Source: Octopus vulgaris
Taxonomy: Eukaryota
Direction: 5' to 3'
Length of the DNA stretch: 64,000 nucleotides
Assembly: GCA_951406725.2 (NCBI GenBank)
Contig: OX597814.1
Span: 63,984,001-64,048,000 of the forward strand
Part shown: positions 53,588 to 64,000 of the stretch, piece after piece
Position numbering within the stretch: position 1 is the first letter of the stretch
Layout of the letters: every line of letters starts with the position of its first letter
Translations under genes and position numbers: made by a program
Notes under the pieces: model-generated
Told to the model about the DNA's origin: nothing
The model's input: only the letters and a program-made list of their open reading frames with translations
The model's database searches: none

Positions 53588-54893
53588 TATCGCCTGACCG
53601 TCGTGCCTTGTCCCGGTTATTGCTTGACCAGGTTGGAGCGTCTCTTATTTAAATTCTTGTGGAAGAGATGCATTTCAATGGTCAGGCGGTCACTCTGTTG
53701 CCAGTAACCTCTGAGTGGCGAGTTAGGTATGCCGTGGCTTCTAATGCGCAGGCATGCTATTAAGTTACGCCACCTACATCGATTTCTTGACAGTGAGCGT
53801 GTGTGGGCTTCGTGTGGGAGGCTCCTCTTTCCACAGCTTGTCTCCTTGACAGAGCTGCAGTCCTGGGTGAAGAAAAGACAGAGGATGGGCGCCTAGCGCC
53901 TAGAATGTCATCAGGTGCTCACAACCCTCTACCAGTCGAGCAATGGGATCGGTGGATGTTCTGCTTTAGAAATATATAGCGGATTAGTGGCGGGGAAGTG
54001 CAACGACGTTCTCGGTGAGACTCTGGGCGTCGCCGAGTACGAACTGGCTAGTCTGTTCCGGAGGTCTTTACGGTCGGGAACTATCCTGGATAATTTCCAG
54101 ATGCCCATGGCCGGGCAGTGCTACGGGTGGAGGGGCACTACCGGTTCGGGATAAACTATCTCTACAGGCACGGATAAGCTGTCAGACACGTTTGTCCGAA
54201 GTGCGAGCAGAGTGACGAAACCGTACTGCACGCCCTCGTTCAGTGTCCGGGCATTGCTGACTTGTGGGGTTATATCGAACAGCTGCTGTCACGTGTGGAA
54301 TGGATCCGTCTGTCAGCCGAATCTGTAGTGATGATCGCATCGTCACCCTCCTTCAATCGAGCAGGTATGGCAGTTTTCCTCTGTCTGGTGGCTGTGGCGA
54401 AAGAGGATATTTGGTGGACAAGACTGAAAGGATGAAAGGACAGATACATTCCTCTTTGGTAGAGCTCTTATTGACTTGAAAAGGAAATTGAGAGTGGAGA
54501 GAGAAGTGCTGGCCTTGCTCGAGAACAGCGAGTTTATTGAAAAGTGGGGAAAGTTGACAAAATGGCAAGAGTTGATGGTACCACTCTAAATGTAGACCTT
54601 TGAATCGGAGAGAAGGAATTGGAGAATCCACTTGTTCCTGGGATTTCAGGAAAATATCGGACACTGGGGTTCCTCGATTACCTCCAGAGGACTTCCTGTA
54701 TCAGGAGGTCCACATCTCTATCATCCTCCCCGCACCCTTTCTTAGACCTTTGCATGCTTTGCATATGTCCCTTCTTTTTCAGTATATACAATGTATACCT
54801 ACCCTTTTTTTTATCATTTCATTAATTATATGTGGAACCCCACGATTTATCATATTGTTCCACTCATCTTTCATTCTTGTGGCCGATAAAGGA

Positions 54894-54895
<2 letters not shown>
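53588..54895 (+). mobile_element. Tx1/L1-clade LINE 3' part, degenerate, between (ATT)n and (AAT)n
   Basis: It encodes IYRLTVVPCP...LERLLFKFLW, ALPVRDKL and a CPKCEQSDETVLHALVQCP zinc knuckle, with stops. Confidence 0.75.
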
Positions 54896-54958
<63 letters not shown>

Positions 54959-54963
54959 TAATA

Positions 54964-55019
<56 letters not shown>

Positions 55020-55027
55020 CATTATTA

Positions 55028-55553
<526 letters not shown>

Positions 55554-55612
55554 CATTACTATCATTATATTTTAAAATGGATTGACGTAACTCTTCACAA
55601 AGGTGCACAGTC

Positions 55613-56184
55613 AAGACGAAGAGCGCGATTGTAATAGATGTTTTATTGGTTGAACGATATTTCAACAGTAAGTCTGTCTCTGTCAAGTTCAAAATAAGAA
55701 GTGATAAAAATTCAAAATTATAGAAATTTAAATGTAACGTATGGACGAGACCAAGCAGCGTCTACACGTTGATGGAATGACATCAGAAGTTTTTCAGTTT
55801 CAATTTTATAACAGATAAAAAGAAAAAGACAAAAAAGAAAGCAGAAAAAAAGACAGAAAAAGAGCAAAGAAAAAGAGAAAAAGAAGAATATTTAATCAAA
55901 CAGTTTTGTAATTTTATTCATTCCTCCAGGGCGTGGTTTTGATAACCCGCAAGCATATTTCTCCTCATTCATTCTTTTCGCCTGTTATAAAATTGAAACT
56001 TAAAAACTGGTGATGTCATTCCATCAACGTGTGGACGCTACTTGCTCTCTTTCATAATTTCAAATTTAAATTTCTATAATTTTGAATTTTTATCACTTCT
56101 TATTTTGAACTTGACAGACTTACTGTTGAAATATCGCTCAACCAATAAAATATCTATTACAATCGAATCGCGCTCGTCGTCTTC
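55613..56184. mobile_element. Fold-back/MITE element with about 200-bp arms between (ATT)n tracts
   Basis: 55613-55815 is the reverse complement of 55981-56184 (e.g. TGTCAAGTTCAAAATAAGAAGTGATAAAAATTCAAAATTATAGAAATTTAAAT). Confidence 0.87.
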
Positions 56185-56186
56185 AC

Positions 56187-56264
<78 letters not shown>

Positions 56265-56314
56265 CATTATTATTATTATTATTATCATCATCATCATCAT
56301 CATTATTATTATTA

Positions 56315-56372
<58 letters not shown>

Positions 56373-56389
56373 CATTATTATTATTATTA

Positions 56390-57745
56390 TGTTTTTTCCT
56401 TCATTCTTCAAATTTTCTTCCGTTTCTCGCCGAGTGTTTACCATACACCTAGGGCAGAGAAGGGCATTGCATACATTCCCAGATTACACGCGCAAATTCA
56501 CAGATAAAATATGTATATAAAAATTAATAAATAAATAAATTCATGGGTGGATGTTATTTTCACAGCGATAGTGCTCTTCTCGGAACATGAGCCGTTCCAG
56601 TTAATACGATTTTTTGCACTTCCTATAGGGATGGTAAGCCTGGAATCATTTTCAAATAGGTTTCAGTACCTTTTTTTATCCTTCCTAAAGATCCTACAAT
56701 CACTGGTACTGTAGTCGCCTTGAGACGCCACATTTTTTTCAATTTCTATTAGCAGGTCTTTATATTTACTAACCTTGTCAAATTCTTTCACCGCTATATT
56801 GTGATCACAGGGAATACTCATGTCAATTAATAAACATATCCTTTTTGTCTGATCTTTTATAATAATATCCGGTTTATTAGCTTTTATAGTCCTGTCGGTC
56901 TGCACGGGAAAGTCCCACAGAATCGACACATTTTCTCCCTCAGTCACAGCTTCAGGATGATGTTTATACCATTTGTCAGCGGTTTTGGTTTTAATAATGC
57001 CGACATATTGTCCAATGTAAATACTGGCCGACTCTGTCATGCCTTGCTTTATATTCTGCAGGTGCTAAGACTCTACACCCTGAGATTAGGTGGTCTATTG
57101 TTTCAATCTCATCGTTACAGAATCGGCATTTTGGGTCAGCTCCATTTTTCATCACATTAGCTTGGTAGTTCCGGGTTAATAAGCTTTGGTCTTGAGCAGC
57201 TAATATGAAACCTTCACTCTCTGCTTTTAGCCCTGAGCTTCGTAACCATTGGTGCGTGTGTTTCTGGCCGACATCGGCTTGTTTGCTACGGGCCACATAC
57301 TTGCCATGGAGAGGTTTCTGTTCCCATCTGCTAGCTAAATTTCCATGTGCTTTTGTCTTTGCAATTAATTTTATTTTCTTTGCAGCTGCAGTTGGCGCAT
57401 TTCCTTCAGCCTGCTCAATCTGGTGGGTATCTAAGAGATCAGCAGCGAATTTTTGCTCTCTTTGAGAATAGAGTGAAGTTTTTTTAGGTCTTTCATGTTT
57501 TTCAACAAGTTTTAGCATCCAATCGTTGGTTGCTTCAAGGTATTTGGCCAGTCCGATTGTGGTGGTTTTGTATGTAAGTTCAAGCTGGATCAAACCTCGG
57601 CCTCCCTGAGCTCTGGGAAGGTACAGGCGATCCACGTCTGCCTTTGGATGGTGCATCTTATTACAAGTTAGTAGCTTGCGGATTTTTCGGTCAATTTTCA
57701 TTATTTCACTGGTATTCCAGTTAAGCTCATTGAAGCTATAAAGAA
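56390..57745 (-). mobile_element. R4/Dong LINE 3' half (thumb, CCHC finger, endonuclease, 3' UTR)
   Basis: It encodes HHPKADVDRLYLPRAQGGRGL, CRFCNDEIETIDHLISGC and LWDFPVQTDRTIKANKPDII. It has few frameshifts and (ATT)n flanks. Confidence 0.92.
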
Positions 57746-57753
57746 CAATTATT

Positions 57754-57784
<31 letters not shown>

Positions 57785-58635
57785 TTTCCTTTTCACTTCC
57801 CAGAGCTCTCGATTTTACTTGCTCCGGTTAAATCTGTAAGAGTGGACAACAATCTGCACTCACCTATCTCACAGGGTCTCTTTTCGTGATACATATCACT
57901 CAAGTAGCAATCTCAAAATCCTTGCTGTCTCTAAAATTGTTTGTGGTATTTAGTTATGTCTCTATACGTTCTGGAATAAACTTTGCCCTTAATCATCCAT
58001 GCTCATTAAAATGAAGTACTATTCGAGTACTAGTTTTAATTTAATCGAACATCGCCTACCATAAAATTGCTGGTCTTGAGCTCAGAAATTTGTTAATTTT
58101 AACGTTTCTTCTGACGTGTTAATCATAATTAGGAAAGGCGTTATTTTCTTGTTGACAATTCATTGAACTACCTTCCTTCGCCAATAGTTGTTTCACAGCT
58201 TTATATGCGGTCCGACCAAGGAACACGAGGTCAAAGAATTTCCATTCCTAATCAAGGATTTTGTTTTTAACAGATATGATTTATCTAGGCCTATTTTAAT
58301 TAGTATACATCCTCAGGTCAAGCGAATACGTCTTCATTCCCTCACTAGTTTTGGTAGTTTAGCTGTACAGTAATCAGCATTCGCAGCTTTGACTCGATTC
58401 CTGTCAATTTAGAACAATTTACACGTTTTTTCTTTTCTATTATTATAAAAGTTCGTGGATAATGGGTCTGTCCTATTTCAATTCGTCGCTTAAATCTAGT
58501 GCTTCATTACAAATTAAGAAATCGTTACTTGCAGTTTGCACATGGCCACCGAGTACTCATTGCTAAATCTCATGGGATAATGCTAAACTGCTTCTCACTT
58601 TTTAAAAAATGGAGCATTTAATAATTCCATCATAA

Positions 58636-58686
<51 letters not shown>

Positions 58687-59039
58687 TGTCCATAAAGTAT
58701 TCGCTATTATTTTCTATCTATAAGCTTATTAGGTATGTCTGTATATATATATATGTATATAAATACATGTATGGATGTATGCATATATATATTTGTATAC
58801 ATATATATAGAGAGAGAAAGAGAAAGCGAGAGAGGGCGAAAGATTAAACATTATAACTATTGATCAAGTTATCTTTGTATTTATCTCATTGTATACAATC
58901 TCAGCTTCCCTTCATTATTCCCGTTTTCTGTGTTTGTTTAAAATGTGTGCGCGCGCGTATTTGTAATTGCAATTCTCACTAGTGTGAAACCACAATTATC
59001 CTTTCACACTCACACACATATGTGCATATGTATGTTTAT

Positions 59040-59084
<45 letters not shown>

Positions 59085-60641
59085 TGTGTGCACGTGTATC
59101 TGTGTGTGAGAGGGGTAACATTCAGATAACATGTAAATTTCCTTTCTGCTATACTTGTATCTATTATTTACTTTCATTTTGCACTAAGTTATTGCCTTCT
59201 CCCCACACTTTGAAAACTTTGACTTCTCCCCAACCTCTTTATTCTTGCATGATATACCATAATTTCAGTTGACTTTTGTTTTATGAATTATTGAAAAAAT
59301 GATTATGATAACTGCAACTGTAGCCTCAAAATTTGGCTCATCTATTTTTCGGGTTAGTTAAAGGGGTCGAAACGCATATTTCTTTCAAATACACATTCAC
59401 TGATATATTTTCCTATTTACACAGTCGAATAACTGAGCAGAATTTAGAGACACAGACGAAAAGAAAGAGACTAAAAAAATCGATAGACATCTGGAAATAT
59501 TAAGAGCACGTTTCTTTATATATTTGATAGTGCTTTTCGGACCACATTTCTTTCTGCGTCCAAAATATAACTTTTAATTTTCAAATGAATAAACGATATG
59601 TTGACGATGATGTCATTATTTATACATGCATTAAGCTGAATGTACTCCTGTTTTTTTTTGTTTAGTTTATAATCAGTTTCTTCTCTGTTTCCCATTTTCA
59701 AATTTTTAAATATCGTATACGAAATATCTTGAATCATATATATATACGTGTGTGTGTGCGTGTGTGTGTGTGTTATATGTGTGTTTGTGCGTACTTGTGT
59801 GTGTGTTTATGGTATGTGTTAGTTTGTGCGTGCTTGCGTGTGAGTGTGTGTGCATCTGTGTGTGTGTGATTGTGCACATGATGGTTTAAAAGTCTCTTTA
59901 AATTTCATATAAAACCAGCTAACAATTGAAATCAGTTGAGCTTCTTAATGTATGTTTCGTCGTCATTTCTATTTATATCTCACTCACACCTCCTTGTACA
60001 GCCTTCAATCCCCTCTAGATTCATTTAGCTTTCTCGATACAAAGCCACCAATCTAACAACAATGATAGTGGAGCTCCAATAATGGCAGCCGCCCAGACAA
60101 CCTCAGAGAAGAGAATTAGGTATGAGCTAACAACTGAGTGGCAGTCCTACGTTCGTATTGAGCCACATTCAGAAGAAAAAATTTCTTCCATTATTTGATT
60201 ATGATGCTTTGCTTGAAACGATATATTGCAGGATATTTACTAGGTCAGCGCAAATATACAGTTAAGTGTGTACAAAAATAAAAAATTGCACTAAAATAAA
60301 TGGTAAATTTGTATGCCTTTATCTTTTAAAATTTAAAGGGACTTCTTTATCAACTTGGACATTGAGAGAAAGAGAGAGGGAAAGAGAGACAGAGCGACAA
60401 GCACAGAAAGAAAGAGAGAAAGAGAGAGGGGAAGAGAGAGTGAGTAGAGTTCAGATAAAATTACGTCTGATGATTATAACAGGTACATACAATAAGTGCT
60501 CATATTAACTCACGACCTAAAACTCCAACTTGAACTGCTACAAAATTAATGTGGTGTTGCAGCTACGTAGCTGCAAAGAATAGCTACGAGTAATTTATAT
60601 ATGTATGTTTATATGTGTATCTATGTGTATATATGTATGTA

Positions 60642-61956
60642 CGAGGGGCGTTCAATAAGTAATGCCCCTGATCCACTTGAAGTTGTTCAAGTGGAACAAT
60701 TTGGAGTTGTTCGATCTAGCTGACATTTTGCATATGCAATTACTTATATCTCTATAGATTAAGTGGCAAATTACAGCTCTAAACTAATTGTGGTTTCTGA
60801 TTTACAGGTGTTTGAACTGAGTCAATTGTGAAATGGAGTCTGTTGAATGTCGAGCAGTGATCCGGTTTTTGTATTTGAAAGGACGCACACCACGGGAGAC
60901 TTTTGATGAAATGAAAGTAACTTATTGTGATAATGCCCCATCATATGACCTTGTAAAACGCTGGCATCGTGAATTCAAACATTGTTGGAACTCTGTGGAA
61001 ACAGCTCCCAGATCTGGTCGCCCCCTTCTGCCATTGATGAGGCATCTGTCCGTCAAGTTGAGGCTGCCATTTTGGAAGATCGACGCATAACTATTCGCGA
61101 AATAGCCCATGAGGTCAAGATTAGTACCGGGTCTGTGGAAACTATCATTCATGACCATTTGCATATGCAAAAGGTGTCTGCCAGATGGATTCGCAGGTTG
61201 CTCACATCTTTCCAGAAGCAAGAACGCGTCGATTGCTCGAGGATGAATTTGGAGATGTGCCAAGAAGATGAGTCAAAATTTTTCAAAAGACTGATTACAC
61301 AGGATGAAACCTGGGTCCATCACTATGATCCAGAGACCAAAGCCCAGTCAATGCAGTGGAAGCACCGTGACTCACCTCCTCCAAAGAAGGCAAGGGTGCA
61401 GCCCTCCGCTGGCAAGGTCATGCTCACAGTCTTCTGGGACCAGGACGGAGTAGTGATGACAGATTTCTTGGCAAATGGTGCCACAATTACAGGAGCCTAT
61501 TATGCTTCACTTTTGAGGAAATTAAGAGAAGCTATCAAAATCAAGAGGCGGGGCAAGATAAGCAAAGGCATACTCCTCCTGCAGGACAACGCTCTGGTCC
61601 ACAACTCGCGTGTCGCCAGATCAGAAGCACAGGCGTGCGGCTATGAACTCCTCCCCCATCCCCCTACTCTTCTGACCTTGCACCTTCTGATTTTCACCTC
61701 TTCCCAGCCATGAAGTTGTTTTTGAAAGGAAAGCGTTTCCCAGATGATGCAGCCTTGATTTCTGAAGTCACGTCGTGGTTGGAGGACCAAGCTGGTGTCT
61801 TCTACAGAAACGATCTTCAGAGCTGCATCAAACGATGGGAGAAATGCGTAACTCTGGGTGGTTCCTATGTAGAAAAAAACTAATAACTGTGCCAAGTTTC
61901 GTTGCTCTACTGCTATGGGAAGTGGGTCAGGGGCATTACTTATTGAACGCCCCTCG
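60642..61956 (+). mobile_element. Full-length mariner DNA transposon (1315 bp) with TA target duplication
   Basis: The 37-bp TIRs CGAGGGGCGTTCAATAAGTAATGCCCCTGA(T/C)CCACTT differ by one mismatch. TA lies at 60640-60641 and 61957-61958. Confidence 0.96.
60833..61883 (+). pseudogene. Mariner DD34D-type transposase with two frameshifts
   Basis: It reads MESVECRAVIRFL...RSGRP / ...SARWIRRLL...ITQDETWVHHYDPE...LLQDNA...LPHPP / YSSDLAPSDFHLF...YVEKN*. The frameshifts are near 61025 and 61660. Confidence 0.92.
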
Positions 61957-62004
61957 TATGTGTATGTATATGTGTGTGTATGTATATATATATATATATA
62001 TATG

Positions 62005-62672
62005 TCAGGTCACTTTCGAGTGCTACTGGTAACATTTAACCCAGTACAACATGTTGCATGGTCGGGCCATCGGCGACTAAACCGGCAACCCTGCCAAGCT
62101 TGCTTGGTGCGGAGGGTGATTATTGGACGCCCTGCGAGATGAAAAGCAAAACCCGTCAAAGGGTGGAGGAACTCTTGAGAGTCAACGGCCATCCGATAAA
62201 TATTTTTTCTTCTTTCTTAAAGCTTAAGGCAGTATCATGCGCGGGGACATAGAAATAATCGGACTGAATACCCGATCGCGCGGTTAAACCATTGGGAGTG
62301 AAGGACTCCTAGCCTTTGTTAGGGCATCCTTCTAGGAGAAGGTAACTCAGGTAACTGGGATAACTCCGACATAAAACCTGCGGCTCAGTGGTTACCGATG
62401 ATGTTGACTTGTTCTTCTTTTCGGATTATGGCTGCTGTTGCTTCGTGAGTGGGATCGACTCAGTGCACAGCCTTTCCTCACTTTAAAAAAATCTTCTTGC
62501 ACAGGCATTGCACGATAACAACATTGTTCATGATTGTTGATGGTGCTGTGAGTCTCAACTGAATGGCTGGCTGTAGCCTTAAAAAGCAAATAAAAGTCAC
62601 ATTCGACCACAGCACCAATAACAGTTAAACTTCGTGCAATGGCCATACTCGATAACGAGGAGGCAGCCATCA
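62005..62672 (+). mobile_element. Non-autonomous RTE derivative (RTE-like 5' UTR fused to RTE 3' tail)
   Basis: CTAGCCTTTGTTAGGGCATCCTTCTAGGAGAAGGTAACTC resembles RTE 5' UTRs. The 3' tail is shared with the RTE fragment at 18635-18720, and there is no RT ORF. Confidence 0.6.
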
Positions 62673-62862
62673 TATATACATACATTTGTTTTATTTTGTT
62701 TTATTTTGTTTTGTGTATCTTGTATTATTGTATTAATGAATATATATATATATATGTGTGTGTGTGGTATTATGGTGTCTATGCACACGTTTTTATATTT
62801 TACATTTTTATATTGATATGTATATGGGAAAAAAATTTTTTCACAATTATAATTTATTAAAT

Positions 62863-62973
62863 TCTCTGAAGAGGCCGTGGGGCATCCTTGTTAATGTCTC
62901 ATTTATACCTGCCTTATATGGCTTATAGGTTAAATGAGGCATGATTGCCCTTACTGCCGAAACAGCTGTCAGA
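62863..62973 (+). ncRNA. Type I hammerhead ribozyme with long stem II
   Basis: TCT-CTGAAGA-GGC...GCC-GAAA-CAGCTG-TC^AGA. Stem II contains ATGTCTCATTTA/TAAATGAGGCAT, stem III is the palindrome ACAGCTGT, and the GUC cleavage site is at 62970. Confidence 0.72.
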
Positions 62974-63234
62974 TATGATATAATTACATATTATATTTTA
63001 TATTTTATATTTCTATTTCCTTGTCTAATTATATTTACAGTATATTTTGTATAATGCCTTTACTGTTATGTAATGGTGTAATAAAGTATTGATTGGGTAT
63101 CATCTGTTGGTTGATGTTTGATTGATTTAAGTATGTTTCTCCATTTTCTAATTTTGTATATATATATATATATATATATTTATATACATACACACACAAC
63201 ACGCACACATATACATATACATACATATGCTTTT

Positions 63235-64000
63235 TGTCTGTTTAACTCGTTCTCCTTTTCTCCTGGCCCCTCTCAACTTATGTTCCCTCTTGACATTAAA
63301 AGTTTGTATACAGTGATCCCATACAACGCGGACTTCTTGCGCTTAAACATTTCCTTGACCTTCAACCTGACACCTCCACACTACTTTGTCTGGCCGAACT
63401 TGTCCCCTCCCCCAATTATTTCTCGTTCGCGGATGAGTTTTACCTACATTTTTCGGTAGTGGCCATAGGAAAGAGAATGGCCCCCAGCTATGCGAACCTG
63501 TTCGTTGGCTATGATGAGGCCCAAATATTCTTACAATTCATTGGTCCCACTCCCGAGCTATACGGTCGTTATATCAATGACTGTATCGGCGCGACCTCTC
63601 TCTCGCGCGAACAACTGGATTCCTTCCACTCCCTTCTCCAATCCTTCCATCCTACACCTCGAATTCTCCTGCACTATCTCTAACTCATTCGTCGAATTTC
63701 TTGACATTTTTGTCAGCATACACCACTCCGCTTTCATTACCTCCATCCATTACAAACGCACTGACACACTCCATCCTTAACTTCTCCTCCCACCCTACCC
63801 ACACCAAGTTCTCCACCCGTTACTACCAATTCCTCCGTCTATGCAGGTTCTGCAGTGACGACCATGACTATGAGACTCAGTCTCAACTCTTGACTCACCA
63901 CTTCATCCTACGTGGATATCCCCTCATTATTATCCACATTGCCCTTGCCCAAACTTACTCGTCTCCCTTTTCCCCTCATCTACCACTCCCTCAACGTACC
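63235..64000 (+). mobile_element. Penelope-like element RT fragment (runs off the window end)
   Basis: It encodes LMFPLDIKSLYTVIP, GVAIGKRMAPSYANLFVG, YGRYINDCIG, FLDIFVSI...TSIHYKRTD and QFLRLCRFCS, with frameshifts. Confidence 0.88.

Noticed and set aside
58370-58705. Possible Tc1/mariner remnant (WPPS..LNLMG-like)
   Set aside because: It is too degraded to support.
59990-60125. Possible next pappalysin exon after TTGTACAG
   Set aside because: The required phase hits a stop within six codons, and there is no similarity to the expected FTPNQVARMHC segment.

Overview
This is AT-rich, microsatellite-dense eukaryotic DNA. The SINE and LINE repertoire suggests an Octopus-like cephalopod, which is an inference. 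The only host gene I can support is a + strand pappalysin (PAPP-A-like metzincin) with four phase-compatible GT-AG exons (31287-31572, 33886-34668, 51805-51941, 52790-53080). They encode the LamG-like domain, LNR1/2, the HEFGHNLGLWH zinc motif and the Met-turn; the gene's 5' and 3' exons were not found in the window. The rest is transposon-derived: many R4/Dong-type LINE pieces in (TAA)n tracts, a CR1-group LINE nested in a Penelope-like element, Tx1/L1 and RTE fragments, three tRNA-SINE families, a near-complete mariner, and several fold-back/MITE-like inverted repeats. The most interesting signal is a set of type I hammerhead ribozyme motifs from several unrelated non-coding repeat families. 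The best one lies in a 425-bp monomer with a 110-bp terminal redundancy (35235-35769), as expected for a retrozyme copied from a circular RNA. Most entries in the ORF track are microsatellite artefacts. Repeat boundaries were read by eye and are approximate unless a TSD or TIR is quoted.
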